The notes under the pieces are model-generated. The model did no database searches. It was not told the origin of the DNA and saw only the letters and a program-made list of their open reading frames with translations. A stretch of DNA of 64,000 nt, from positions 2,240,001-2,304,000 of the forward strand of contig OZ242296.1 in NCBI GenBank assembly GCA_965207735.1, written 5' to 3'. Both the position numbers and the translations under genes were made by a program. This DNA is from Candidatus Versatilivorator sp. (GTDB lineage Bacteria; Acidobacteriota; Terriglobia; Versatilivoradales; Versatilivoraceae). Below are positions 39,710 through 50,900 of the stretch, in pieces (position 1 is the stretch's first letter; the number at the start of each line of letters is the position of its first letter).

Positions 39710-40306
39710 ATGACCCACGACGATCCAAGATTGCGGGAGGCGTTCGACCTGCTGGACGGCATGCACCGCGAGGACCCCTCGGCGGGCGCCGCCGGGCCTA
39801 AAGACATCCTGGCATCCCTCGACTACCACCAACGCCTCGGCCGGTGGGTGGACCGGCTGGCGCCGGACGCCTCCGTGGCCCTTCGGCTGGCAGCTCATAG
39901 CCAGCACGTGCGCCGCTGGGCCATTCCCCGCGGCTCCTACCCCATGACCCGGAAGGGCTACCGGGACTGGAGGGAGGCCTTGGGCCGCTTCCATGCCAAC
40001 ACCGCCGCCGAGGTGCTGGCGCGGGTGGGCTATGACTCCGACACCGTGGCCCGGGTCGAGCAGTTGCTGAGAAAGGAGCGGCTGCGCAGCGACCCGGAAG
40101 CCCAGACCCTGGAGGACGCCGCCTGCCTGGTTTTTCTGGAGGTGCAGCTGGAGGACTTCTCCCACCAGCACTCCGAGGAGAAGCTGCTCCACATTCTGCG
40201 ACGCACCTGGAAGAAGATGTCCCCCGCCGGCCGGAACCTGGCGCTGCAGCTCGAGCTGCCGGAAGCGACTGCCGGCCTGCTACGCAGAGCCGTAGAAGGA
40301 GCGTGA
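39710..40306 (+). CDS. DUF4202 (HD-like) protein
   Basis: QHVRRWAIPRGSYP..RKGY..WR..L..FHA, QTLEDAACLVFL, RTWKKMS. Confidence 0.85.
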   Translation: MTHDDPRLREAFDLLDGMHREDPSAGAAGPKDILASLDYHQRLGRWVDRLAPDASVALRLAAHSQHVRRWAIPRGSYPMTRKGYRDWREALGRFHANTAAEVLARVGYDSDTVARVEQLLRKERLRSDPEAQTLEDAACLVFLEVQLEDFSHQHSEEKLLHILRRTWKKMSPAGRNLALQLELPEATAGLLRRAVEGA

Positions 40307-40389
40307 GAGGGGCAAGTGCCCACCCCGCGCACGCGCCTTTAGATAGGTGTTGCCGCCGCTTTGCCGGTCCAATCGAACTCCCGGACAGT

Positions 40390-40830
40390 CACTCACGGGA
40401 CGCCGCGTTTGCCCCCCTCCGGATCGACGGCGGGCTTCGCCCTTGTCTCTCCGACTCCCCCTCAAGGGGGGAGTGATACTTGAGGCCTGCACGGGGCTTC
40501 TTGCCCGATTCCTGGGCAGGATGTAAACCATGTTCCCGGTCTAACCCATTAACTCCGTTCCCTCTTCATAACACGGATATCACTCCCCCCTTGAGGGAGA
40601 GTCGCAGCCGAGCCGAATGGCGAAGGCTGATGCGGTGGGGGGTTCGCACAAGGCGAGCCAAGGGCGAGATCTTGTGCGCCGTAGCGGTAACCGCCGGCGT
40701 GCGTCGGTTGCGGTGGGGGAGTCACAGAAGTCGAGCCGAATGGCGAAGGCTGATGCGGTGGGGGGCCAATGCGGCGCCTCCGAACGGTAGCGCTGAATGG
40801 CGAAAACTGATGCGGTGGGGGGTAGACGCC
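40390..40830. repeat. Family B doublet plus extra half-units
   Basis: Cores at ~40454/40579; gccgaatggcgaaggctgatgcggtggggg occurs three times. Confidence 0.85.
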
Positions 40831-40926
40831 GGGTCGCCAAGATGTGTCCGCGGCACCTCCCGGTTTTCTTCCCGCGCCCTTTCCCGTAAGATAGCGGCAA
40901 CTTCCGGTTCAAGAGAGGAGAACCCT

Positions 40927-41112
40927 ATGAAAGACAAGACCGATCAATCCATCGCCCTGGAAGAGGCCAAGGTGGAGTTCCTACAGCAGATGGTCGAGGC
41001 TCATGGCCTGTCCGACATCGGCAAGGCCGTGCGCTGCCTGATCGACTACGCCCGGGAGAATCCCGACCGGCAAACCGTGATCTTCGGAGAGGTGCGCTGC
41101 ATCGACTGTTAG
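40927..41112 (+). CDS. 61-aa hypothetical protein, ribbon-helix-helix-like, ending in CxxC
   Basis: GAGGAG RBS; MKDKTDQSIAL...GKAVRCLIDYA...EVRCIDC. Confidence 0.7.
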   Translation: MKDKTDQSIALEEAKVEFLQQMVEAHGLSDIGKAVRCLIDYARENPDRQTVIFGEVRCIDC

Positions 41113-41217
41113 GACGGCTGAGGGATGGCAGCGGCCAAAGGTACCGGCCGAGCCGCGTAGACGGCGAAAGCAGACCTCCACGCCACGCAGTCGACCGTCA
41201 GCTCGCTCCCCCCTTCC

Positions 41218-41592
41218 CTACCCTCGTCCGTAGCGGTCTTCCAGGCGGACGATGTCTTCCTCGTCAAACTCTCCGAAGGCGATCTCCAGCCAGCGGCTGG
41301 GACGGGGGCCCGCCCCCGCGGCACGATGGCGGGTCCGGCGGGGAATGTAGATCTCCTCGCAGGGTTCCGCTTCCCAGGTCCGCTCCCCCACGGTCACCTG
41401 CAAGCCCGGGTCGAGAGCCACCCAGAGCTCGTCCCTGTGGCGGTGAAGCTGCAGCGATAGGACCTGCCCGGGATTGACGGTGATGATCTTGACCGTGCTC
41501 ACCCGGTTGTGGGTGAAGCGGCGAAAGGCCCCCCAGGGCCTCTGCTCCCGGTAAATCAGCGATCGGGGATCGTCCTGTGGGTCATGTGGCAT
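41218..41592 (-). CDS. Stand-alone type II phosphomannose isomerase C-terminal cupin
   Basis: RPWG, VKIITVNPGQVLSLQLHRHRDELW, EEDIVRLEDRYGR. Confidence 0.9.
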   Translation of the reverse strand: MPHDPQDDPRSLIYREQRPWGAFRRFTHNRVSTVKIITVNPGQVLSLQLHRHRDELWVALDPGLQVTVGERTWEAEPCEEIYIPRRTRHRAAGAGPRPSRWLEIAFGEFDEEDIVRLEDRYGRG

Positions 41593-41735
41593 AATGTGGC
41601 CTTCCTGCAGTCGATTGCGGTCAGGGTCCCAGCTAGCCTAGACGATCGGCGCGGGCAACCTCAAGCCGGAATGCAGGGGTCCCCGCCCGCCGGCCGGGAC
41701 GGGAAGCGAGACCGGCCGCGGGGAGGGACGACCGG

Positions 41736-42830
41736 ATGGAGACCATGCTGGTTGCCGGAGGCGCCGGGTTCATCGGCTGCAACTTCGTCCGGCTGGCGCT
41801 GGCCCGAACCGAAGCCCGCCTGGTGGTGGTGGACAAGCTGACCTACGCCGGCAGCCTCCACAACCTGGAGGGGCTGGCGGGGCAGCCCCGCTGCCGCTTC
41901 CTGCGGGGGGACATCGGCGACGGAGAGTTTGTCGGCAGGGTCTTTCAAGACTATCAGCCGACCTGGACGGTCAATTTTGCGGCCGAGACCCACGTGGACC
42001 GCTCTATCGACGACCCCCGCCCCTTCCTGGCCACCAACGTGGCGGGCACCGCCGAGCTGCTGGAAGGCGCCCGCACCCACTACCGGCAGCTCGAGGGTTC
42101 GGCCCGCGGCCGCTTCCGCTACCTGCAGGTGTCTTCCGACGAGGTCTACGGCAGCGCCCAGGGAGACGCGACCTTCTCGGAAGCCACCGCCTGCGCCCCC
42201 AACTCTCCCTACGCCGCTTCCAAGGCCGCCGCCGACCACTGGGTGCGCGCCTATCACTGCACTTACGGACTGCCGACCCTCACGACCCGCTGCTCCAACA
42301 ACTACGGGCCCTACCAGTTCCCCGAAAAGCTGATACCGCTGATGGTGCTGAACGCCGTGGAGGCCAAGCCGCTGCCCATCTACGGCGACGGCGGGAATGT
42401 GAGGGACTGGCTCCACGTGGAGGACCATTGCGCCGCCCTACTGGCGGTCCTGCAAGCGGGCCGCCCGGGAGAAACCTACAACCTCGGGGGCGGGAGCGAG
42501 CGCACCAACCTGGAGATGGTGAACCAGGTATGCGCCTGCCTGGAGGCTCTGCTGCCGGCGGCCGCCAACCCGGCCATGCAGCGCCGGGGGGTTTCCTCCT
42601 ACGCCGATCTGAAGAGGCGGGTTCCCGACCGGCCGGGGCACGACCGCCGCTACGCCGTCGACTCGGGAAAGATCCGCGGAGAGCTGGGTTGGGCTCCCCG
42701 ATACGGCCTGGCGGAGGGCCTTGCCCAAACGGTGCGCTGGTACGCCGAAAACGGGGAGTGGTGCCGCAAGGTGCAGCAAGACAACTACGACCGGCGGCGC
42801 CTGGGGACCGCGGGCAGGATGGGATCATGA
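41736..42830 (+). CDS. rmlB: dTDP-glucose 4,6-dehydratase
   Basis: [52 protein letters not shown]. Confidence 0.97.
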   Translation: METMLVAGGAGFIGCNFVRLALARTEARLVVVDKLTYAGSLHNLEGLAGQPRCRFLRGDIGDGEFVGRVFQDYQPTWTVNFAAETHVDRSIDDPRPFLATNVAGTAELLEGARTHYRQLEGSARGRFRYLQVSSDEVYGSAQGDATFSEATACAPNSPYAASKAAADHWVRAYHCTYGLPTLTTRCSNNYGPYQFPEKLIPLMVLNAVEAKPLPIYGDGGNVRDWLHVEDHCAALLAVLQAGRPGETYNLGGGSERTNLEMVNQVCACLEALLPAAANPAMQRRGVSSYADLKRRVPDRPGHDRRYAVDSGKIRGELGWAPRYGLAEGLAQTVRWYAENGEWCRKVQQDNYDRRRLGTAGRMGS

Positions 42831-43702
42831 GAAAGGGAATCATTCTGGCCGGAGGCTCGGGCAGCCGGATGGCGCCCGTGACCCGAATCCTCAGCAAGCA
42901 GATTCTCCCGGTGTACGACAAGCCGATGATCTACTATCCCCTGTCGACCCTCATGCAGGCCGGGATCACAGACATTCTGGTGATCACCACCCCCCGGGAC
43001 CGGCCCGCCTTCGAGGGGTTGCTCGGTGACGGCGGCCAGTGGGGCCTGAGCCTGAAATATGCGGTGCAGCCGCGTCCGGAAGGCATTGCCCAGGCCTTCC
43101 TCATCGCCAGAGACTTCCTGCAGGACCAGGCGCCTGCCCTAGTGCTGGGCGACAACATCTTCTACGGCCAGGGCCTTTCCCAGAGTCTCCTCCGGGCCGG
43201 CCGGCAGCGCAGCGGGGCCACCGTCTTCGCCTACCAGGTGCGCGATCCGCAGCGCTACGGCGTGGTCTCCTTCGACGAGGAGAGCCGACCCACCGGCCTG
43301 GAGGAGAAGCCGGCCCGGCCCCGATCCTCCTACGCGGTGACGGGGCTCTACTTCTACGACCGGCAAGCGGTGGAGCTGGCTTCGAGACTCAAGCCCTCGG
43401 CACGCGGCGAGCTGGAGATTTCGGATCTGAACCGGGAATACCTGGCCAGGGGCCAGCTGCGGGTGGAGAAGCTGGGACGAGGCATAGCCTGGCTGGACGC
43501 GGGCACGCACGAGTCGCTGCTGCATGCATCGGTCTTCATTCAGACCCTGCAGGAACGTCAGGGACTGATGGTAGCCTGCCCGGAAGAGATCGCGCTCGAA
43601 ATGGGTTGGATCGAGGCCGGCGATGTGCGCCGGATGGCCCGGTCCATGCAGGGAAGCCCCTACGGGCGCTACCTGATGGGGCTGGTGGAGCCCAAGGAGT
43701 AG
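42827..43702 (+). CDS. rmlA: Glucose-1-phosphate thymidylyltransferase
   Basis: [44 protein letters not shown]. Confidence 0.97.
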   Translation: MRKGIILAGGSGSRMAPVTRILSKQILPVYDKPMIYYPLSTLMQAGITDILVITTPRDRPAFEGLLGDGGQWGLSLKYAVQPRPEGIAQAFLIARDFLQDQAPALVLGDNIFYGQGLSQSLLRAGRQRSGATVFAYQVRDPQRYGVVSFDEESRPTGLEEKPARPRSSYAVTGLYFYDRQAVELASRLKPSARGELEISDLNREYLARGQLRVEKLGRGIAWLDAGTHESLLHASVFIQTLQERQGLMVACPEEIALEMGWIEAGDVRRMARSMQGSPYGRYLMGLVEPKE

Positions 43703-43705
43703 TGC

Positions 43706-44257
43706 ATGAAGGTCACCCGGACGGCGCTGGCGGGAGTGCTGGTCATCGAGCCCGAGGTTTACAGCGACGCCAGGGGATTCTTCCTGGAGTCCTACCACGC
43801 CCGCCGCTACCACCAGCAGGGCCTCCCGCTGGAATTCGTGCAGGACAACCACTCCCTCTCCCGGCATGGAACCCTGCGGGGGTTGCACGCCCAGGTGCGA
43901 CGTCCCCAGGCCAAGCTGGTGCGGGTGATCGAGGGTGAGGTGTTCGACGTGGCGGTGGACATCCGGCTGGGCTCACCCACCTTCGGACGTTGGACCGGCG
44001 TCTGTCTCTCTGCGGTCAACCGCCGCCAGCTCTTCATTCCCGCCGGCTTCGCCCACGGCTTCGTCACCACTAGCCCTTCGGCCCAGGTGGAGTACAAGTG
44101 CAGCCGGTATTACGACCCGGACGACCAACTCGCCATTCGCTGGGACGATCCGGAAATCGGCATCGACTGGCCCATCCGGCAACCCATCCTGTCCGACAAG
44201 GACCGGGACGCTCCCCTGCTGCGCCAACTCCGGGACCGGCTGCCGCGGTTAGGGTGA
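43706..44257 (+). CDS. rmlC: dTDP-4-dehydrorhamnose 3,5-epimerase
   Basis: DARGFFLE, QDNHSLS, LRGLH, GFAHGF. Confidence 0.97.
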   Translation: MKVTRTALAGVLVIEPEVYSDARGFFLESYHARRYHQQGLPLEFVQDNHSLSRHGTLRGLHAQVRRPQAKLVRVIEGEVFDVAVDIRLGSPTFGRWTGVCLSAVNRRQLFIPAGFAHGFVTTSPSAQVEYKCSRYYDPDDQLAIRWDDPEIGIDWPIRQPILSDKDRDAPLLRQLRDRLPRLG

Positions 44258-44279
44258 GGCGTTTCTTCCGGGGACATAG

Positions 44280-44680
44280 CCCGGGCTTGCTGCCTGGTAT
44301 GCGTTGGTGGTGTTCTGGAGATGTTGCGCGTTCCCTAAGGGCGCCCCTGATTCGCCGCATACGCGGCTAGGTTGGCGCAGCACTCACACGACCCCGGGTT
44401 TCCACCCGGGGCTACACGAGGCCGCAGCTACGCTGCTCGATAAGGATGACCCTTATGCAACCTTGTCTCAGGTAACCCACGCCAACCGCCGCATACGCGG
44501 CTCTCCCCTGACCTACGACACTGCCGGTGTATAGGAATTTTCAATTGATTATCTCCAGCGTCCCTTTCCCAAATCGGCAAGACGTCGTTCAAGAAACTCA
44601 AGTATCACTCCCCCCTTGAGGGGGAGTCGCAGAAGGTCGAGCCGAATGGCGAAGGCTGATGCGGAGGGGGCAACGCCGGC
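44280..44680. repeat. REP-like palindromes (GCCGCATACGCGGC, CCCCGGGTTTCCACCCGGGG) and one family B half
   Basis: Hairpins at ~44354, 44392 and 44487; family B core at ~44604. Confidence 0.7.
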
Positions 44681-44721
44681 GCCTGCACAAGGGACGCCTG
44701 CCCTACTCATTCCGAGGTTCC

Positions 44722-45477
44722 CTACCCTTTCACCTGGGCCAGTTGGGAGCGGACGGCGCTTCGCAGCATGGCCAGGTCGTTGGAGAGGTCGATCATCTGA
44801 AATCCCCGTGAGATCCACTTGTTGGCGGCGGCCGCGTCGCGCACCGGCAGGCCGGCGGGCTTGCCGGCGGCCTGGCACCCCTCCAGGATGCGCATGAGCT
44901 GGCGTTCATGCTCGGGGTCGCTGCCGATCTGTTCCGCCTTGAGGCCCATGGACAGACCCAGGTCGTGGGGACCGATGAAGCCCACGTCGATGCCGGGGAC
45001 CGCCATGATCTCCCCGATTTGGTCCACGCCTTCGAGGTCCTCGATCTGGGGAATCAGCAGGATCTGCTCGTTGGCGTCGGCAGGGTAGTCGATGAAGGTC
45101 TGATTGCGGCCGGTCCCCGCGGAGCGGTGTCCCAGCGGAGGATAGCGGACCGCCTGCACCAGGGCTTCGGCCTGGGCCCGGTTGGACACGTGGGGAATGA
45201 CCACGCCCAGAGCGCCGGCGTCCAGCACCCGGGCGATGTCCTGCGGTTGGTGGGACCACACCCGAGCCAGGGGAACCGCCCCACGAGACTCGATGGCCCG
45301 GAATCCGTTGGCGGCATCGTCCAATGCCCAGGGTCCGTGCTCCATGTCCACGGTCAGCCACTCGTATCCTTCGGTAGCCATGACTTCGGCGGCCAGCGTC
45401 GAGGCCAGGTTCAGCCAGGAACCGACCGAAACCTTTCCGGCATTCAGCGCAACTTTCAGGGGATTTTCCAATCGCAT
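44722..45477 (-). CDS. HpcH/HpaI aldolase family protein
   Basis: VDMEHG, RVLDAGALGVVIP, RYPPLGHRS, QIED, FIGPHDLGLSMG. Confidence 0.93.
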   Translation of the reverse strand: MRLENPLKVALNAGKVSVGSWLNLASTLAAEVMATEGYEWLTVDMEHGPWALDDAANGFRAIESRGAVPLARVWSHQPQDIARVLDAGALGVVIPHVSNRAQAEALVQAVRYPPLGHRSAGTGRNQTFIDYPADANEQILLIPQIEDLEGVDQIGEIMAVPGIDVGFIGPHDLGLSMGLKAEQIGSDPEHERQLMRILEGCQAAGKPAGLPVRDAAAANKWISRGFQMIDLSNDLAMLRSAVRSQLAQVKG

Positions 45478-45628
45478 GGGAGCCTCCGTATCAGGGATTC
45501 ATGAATGCTCGCCGGGTGGAGCGCAGCCAAGCCTGGCCCCGGTTCCCGGCCGGCCGTCCATTTTGACGGCAACAGGGAAACCAGTCAACCGAGGGGAGAG
45601 AGATTGGGGGGCTTGCGCATACGGTTAG

Positions 45629-45720
45629 TTGCTGTCGCCGCCTTCGCGGCTCAACACTAACTGCGAGCTGTCCATGGGCTTACGCCCACGGCTAAGTGCT
45701 TCCGCCGCTTCGCGGCTTTC
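45629..45720. repeat. Single family A REP triplet
   Basis: gccgccttcgcggct...ccatgggcttacgcccacggcta...gccgcttcgcggct. Confidence 0.85.
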
Positions 45721-45918
45721 CGGAACCCCGGGGCCGCGGCCCGGGAAACTATCATTCAGAAAATCCTGTCCGCCGGCAGTGTCGTGGGTTATGAGCGAGC
45801 AGCGAAAGCGGCGGTTTGGCAGCACCCTTCCCTAACACGGCGTCTGCCCGACAATTGCCATGGGCGCCCTTTCTCAACTACGCTAAGGGCCTTGACACGC
45901 ATCGATGAAACGGCAACC

Positions 45919-47673
45919 ATGGAGTCCAATTTGAAAAACCATATACAGGACGTCCGGTACGAGCCGGACGAACGACCTCCGCTTCCTCTCACCATAGGCC
46001 TCGGGTTGCAGTACGCCTCGCTGACGGCCGCCGGCATCGTGCTGACACCGGCGATCCTGGTTGGAGCCGCGGGGGGTAACGAAGCCTATCTGGTATGGGC
46101 CGTGTTTGCCGCGCTTGTGGTCAGCGGCGTGACCACGGTGATCCAGTCCGCTCGCATCGGCCGCCTCGGCTCCGGTTACCTCCTGCTCATGGGGAGCAGC
46201 GGCGCTTTCCTGGCCGTCTGCGTGGCGGCGCTGGAGCGGGGAGGCGGGGGCCTGATGGCGAGCCTGATCATCGTCTCCTCCCTGGTTCAGTTCATTCTTG
46301 CGGCAAAGCTATCGCTGTTCAGAAAGATTTTCACGCCAACCGTGGCGGGAACCGTGCTGATGCTGATTCCGGTCACGCTCGGACCGATCATCTTTCGCAA
46401 GCTGAACGACGTGCCGGCCGAGGCCGCGCCAGCGGCCGCCCCGGTCACGGCAGGCCTGACCCTGGCGCTGATGGCCGTGATCTCAATGCGCGCCACCGGC
46501 GTCTGGAGACTCTGGGCCGGAGCCCTGGGGATGGTCGCAGGCAGTGCCTTCGGCGGCCTCTTCTACGGGATCTACGACACCAGGCGTGTCCTGGAGGCTG
46601 ACTGGATCGGGTTTCCACAGCTTGCCTGGCCCGGTCTCGACTTCGGCTTCGGTCCCGACTTCTGGGCTCTGCTGCCCGCCTTCATACTGGTGACGCTGGT
46701 GGGCGCCCTGGACACCATCGGAGACGGCATCGCCATCCAACGGATCTCGTGGCGCCGGCCGCGCGCCATCGACTTCCAGTCGATCCAGGGCGCGCTCACC
46801 GCCGACAGCCTGGGCAATCTGCTATCGGGCCTGACGGGCACTGTTCCCAACACGACCTACGCGGCCAGCATCGCCGTCGCCGATCTCACCCGGGTGGCGG
46901 CCCGCGTGGTCGGCATATGCGTCGGGGTCATTTTCGTGGTGCTGGCCTTTCTGCCGAAGCTGGTAGCGGTCATCGTCGCCATTCCCGGTCCGGTGGTGGC
47001 GGCCTACTACATCGTGCTGGTGGCATCCCTATTCATTCTCGGCGTCCGGGTACTGATGCACGACGGCCTGGACTATCGCAAGAGCTTCGCGGTAGGCATC
47101 GCATTCTGGCTGGGAATCGCCTTCCAACTGGGGTGGATCTATCCGGAACTCCTCCAGGGCGCCTGGAGCGATCTGCTTGGAAACAGCATGACGGTCGGCG
47201 GGGTGACGGTGATCGTTCTGACGCAGTTCGTGGAGCTGACAGGACCGCGCTCCCGGCGCCTGAAGACGCAACTGTCCCTGGAAAACCTGGCGACGATCGA
47301 TGCGTTCCTGTCCGAATTCGCCGCGCGCGGCAAGCGCGCCGAGGAAATGACCGATCGCCTCCGTGCAGTCGGCGAGGAGATGCTCCTCACTCTGACCAGG
47401 CCGGAAGAGGAAGGCAAGGCGCCCGCGGGACGCCATCTCCTGCTTGTGGCGCGCAATGATGGGGACGCGGTCGAACTCGAGTTTGCGGCAACGACCGACG
47501 ACGCCAACCTGGAGGATCAGTTGGCGCTGCTGGGTGAACAGACCACCGGTCCCCCGGTCGAAACGGAGGTCTCTCTGAGACTGCTGCGCCACTATGCGTC
47601 GTCGGTGCGCCACCAGCAGTTTCACGATACGGACGTGATCACTGTCCGGGTGGGACCGGCTGCCTCCATGTGA
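45919..47673 (+). CDS. NCS2 (xanthine/uracil permease) family transporter with extra C-terminal domain
   Basis: YEPDERPP, LGLQY, TVIQS..IGRLGSG, TVPNTTY; ~140-aa soluble tail. Confidence 0.85.
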   Translation: MESNLKNHIQDVRYEPDERPPLPLTIGLGLQYASLTAAGIVLTPAILVGAAGGNEAYLVWAVFAALVVSGVTTVIQSARIGRLGSGYLLLMGSSGAFLAVCVAALERGGGGLMASLIIVSSLVQFILAAKLSLFRKIFTPTVAGTVLMLIPVTLGPIIFRKLNDVPAEAAPAAAPVTAGLTLALMAVISMRATGVWRLWAGALGMVAGSAFGGLFYGIYDTRRVLEADWIGFPQLAWPGLDFGFGPDFWALLPAFILVTLVGALDTIGDGIAIQRISWRRPRAIDFQSIQGALTADSLGNLLSGLTGTVPNTTYAASIAVADLTRVAARVVGICVGVIFVVLAFLPKLVAVIVAIPGPVVAAYYIVLVASLFILGVRVLMHDGLDYRKSFAVGIAFWLGIAFQLGWIYPELLQGAWSDLLGNSMTVGGVTVIVLTQFVELTGPRSRRLKTQLSLENLATIDAFLSEFAARGKRAEEMTDRLRAVGEEMLLTLTRPEEEGKAPAGRHLLLVARNDGDAVELEFAATTDDANLEDQLALLGEQTTGPPVETEVSLRLLRHYASSVRHQQFHDTDVITVRVGPAASM

Positions 47674-47843
47674 ACGACCGGAGCGGCGTGGCCGCGAATG
47701 GCCCGCAAGTGGAGGGAGTCGGGGACGTTGTTTTGGAAAGGCAGTGCGTTCCCAAGACCCGACTACTAATCCGCCGCATAGGGGGGCGGAGTAGGTCCCA
47801 CTCTTTGGCGATCAGTGGTAAACCGTAGCTATAAGGCAACTCA

Positions 47844-47926
47844 CAGGCCAGTAAGCCGATGGCGATGGGAACAAGCGCCGAGGCCACTGTCCACTTGACG
47901 CTGCCGGTCACATTCCAGACGGTGTA
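47844..47926 (-). pseudogene. Displaced copy of the feoB 3' end
   Basis: Translates to YTVWNVTGSVKWTVASALVPIAIGLLA; 66/83 nt identical to 53719-53801 by manual alignment. Confidence 0.9.
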
Positions 47927-47948
47927 GACAGACAGGTCATTGCAACTT

Positions 47949-50900
47949 CTACTCCTGGGCAGGAACGTAGGCGCCGTCTCCGCTCCGCTCTCCCGGCGCC
48001 CCGCCGTCGTTGACCACCCCGTATGCCAGGAAGGGATTGCTACCGGGAAGCCTTCTGACATGGACGTACCCCTGCCTCGTCCCCCGGGCGTGGGTGCCCA
48101 GGATGCCGTTGATCTGATGCCAGCCTCCGGCCGGAATGGCTCCGGTGGTCACCGCCTTCACCATTTCGCCCGTCTCCCCATCGTAGATATCCAGGTCGAA
48201 GACACTGTCGTCGTCATCGACCTCTCCCGTGTTGACCAGGGCCAGGTTGCTGCGGTTGGTGGCGTTCTGCTGCAGCCCGTAGATCCAGGCGCTGTCCGTC
48301 CAGGCCGAACCCTCGGGCACGGCGTTGTAGAAGACCCCGTACTGTCCCCCTCCCCCCGGCGAGCCCGTCCGCGCCCCGATCACGATCCCGCTCATGTCTC
48401 CCTCCGACACCCCGGCAAACACGGCTCCCGCAAAGGCCCGGCCGGCCGGACCGATCCCAGCCACCCCCTGCCGGCGCAGGTGGTCGACGATGTCGGGCAG
48501 GATGCGCTGCTCTCCCGCCTCCAGCCTCAGGCTGAAGCCGGGCGTGTCGTCACCGCTCTCCACCGCCTCGACCACAAAGCGGAGCTCCACCTGCTTGGGC
48601 ACCGTAGAGAAGTTCGTCACCATCAACTCGCTGGTGAAGCCCCTGACTTTGACGATCACCGGCAGCGTCTGTTCCCTCCTGCCTCTCAGTGAGTCTGCTG
48701 CCACCGGAAAGACAAACGACCCGTCCGAGTTGAAGTTGTCGTTGATCACCCCGTAGGCGTAGTAGGGCGCTGCCCCGCCAACCCGCTCCACCTTCACGTA
48801 GCCGTTGTTGTAGCCCGCCTCTTTCAGGACGCCGTTGTATTGATGGAACCCTCCCGGTGGCAACCGCAGATCCGGCAACACCAGACTCCCCGGCGCTTCC
48901 CGGTCTCCCGAGTAGACCGTCACTCTCATGGTGATGGCCCCATCGCTTGTCTCCCCCGCGTTCTGAATGGCCACGTTGGAACGGTCTGCCCGATTCTGGC
49001 GCAGTCCGGCAATCACTGATGTGCCCGTAAGCAGACCCTCCGAGGTGACTCCCACATAGGCCAGACCGGCCTGTCCCCGTCCCTCCTCCACCGGCGTGCT
49101 GGTCCTCACCGTCACCGCCGCAGCCGATGCCGAGGAAAGGTTGGAGAACTTCACCACCAGCGTCCCGCCTGCCGCGCCCTCTCCGATGGGAACTCCCAGA
49201 GAGACCAGGTAGGCGATGGCGTCGGGAATGATCCGCTGCCGGCCAGGTCCCAGAGAATCCACCGCCATGCCCGATCCCCCGCCAAAGGCGGCCCGATAGG
49301 TGTAGTGGATCTCGGCTGTGGTCGATCCCCGGTTGGTGACAGTCAGCTCGGAGGTGAAGAACGAACCCGGAGTCCGTCCCTGAGACCGCAAAACAATAGG
49401 CACAAACAGCCGGCTACCAATCCCGGTTCCCGTCACCGTAAAGTGTTCGGCGCTCACCACCATGCCCCCCGGCGTGGTCACACTGATGGGACCGCTGGTG
49501 GCGCCCGGCGGCACCACGGCCTCGATGCTGGTCCCCGATACGACCTCGAATTCGGGAGCGCTCACTCCGTTGAACAAGACCTCAGTGGCGCCAAGGAAAA
49601 GGGTCCCCGTGAGAGTGACCCTTGTGCCTACAGATCCCATTGACGGAGAGAACCGAGCGAGAGTGGGCGGTAGCAAGGCCTGGGTCGTGGCTGATGCCTC
49701 GTTTGAGAACCCGGAAGCTCCCGTGTTGTTGACTGCCCTCACCCGGTAGTGATAGGTAGTGCCGGCTTCGAGTCCCGTATCCGAATATCGACTGATATTG
49801 ACAAGGGTTGTCTTGATTTCAACCCAATCCGTCGAACCCTCAACCCGGCGCTGCACCCTGAAGCCGATCTCGTTGGTGCTGTTGTCCTGCCAGACCAGGT
49901 CGATCCCGGAGAAGGAAACCACCCTTGCCCTCAGACCTGTCGGAGGCTGAGGCGGTCGGGTCAATACACGTATGCGGTGGTTACCGGTATCAGCGATATA
50001 GACGTTGCCGGAGCGGTCCACGGACAGGGCATGGGGAGTGTGTAGACGCATACCAAGTGCCGGACCGCTTTCCCGGTTGAAGCCACCACTGAAGTAGACG
50101 TCTTGCCTGAGCCCGGCGATGGTGACAATGTTTCCCGATGAGTCCACCAGGCGGATCCTGTGGTTGCCCCTATCGGCGATATACATTGCGCCCAAGTCGT
50201 CCACGAATACGTCGCTGGGACTGTTCAACTGTGCGGCGAGCGCCGGGCCGCCGTCCCCGCTGAAGTTCCCTTCCCCCTGGCCCGCCACGGTGGTGATGGT
50301 CCCCATGGGATCCACGCGGCGGATCCGATGATTGAAGGTGTCGGCAATGTAGAGGTTTCCGCGACTGTCAAAAGCGAGTTTCTCGGCTTGGCCCAACTGC
50401 GCTGCGAGCGCCGGGCCGCCGTCCCCGCTGTAGCCTATCTCCCCGGTGCCGACAACGGTGGTGATGGTCCCCGAGGCATCCACGCGACGGATTCGGTGGT
50501 TCTGTCTGTCAGAAATGTAAACGTTGCCAGCAGAGTCCACCTCCACGCCTCGCGGGGTGTCCAATTGCGCCTCCACTCCCGGGCCGCCGTCCCCGCTGTA
50601 GCCGTATTCCCCCGTGCCCGCCACGGTGGTGATGATCCCCGAGGCGTCCACGCGACGGACGACGTGGTTGCGTGTATCGGCGATGTAAATATTGCCTTTG
50701 CCGTCCACGGACACGTCCGCCGGACGAATCAACTGTGCCGCGACCGCCGGGCCGCCGTCCCCGCTGTAGCCGAATTCCCCGGTCCCCGCCACGGTGGCGA
50801 CAATCCCCGAGGCATCCACACGATGGATCTGATGGTTCCAGGTATCGGCGATATAGAGGTTTCCGGAATCGTCCACGGCCACGCCATGGGGGTGGTTGAG

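Noticed and set aside
40600-40830. Mini-CRISPR from 30-bp repeats gccgaatggcgaaggctgatgcggtggggg
   Set aside because: The repeat is part of dispersed family B, spacing is irregular and the spacer-like sequences recur at ~18080, 18475 and 24180.
42428-42826. N-terminal extension of RmlA
   Set aside because: It overlaps rmlB; the true start is the coupled ATG at 42827.
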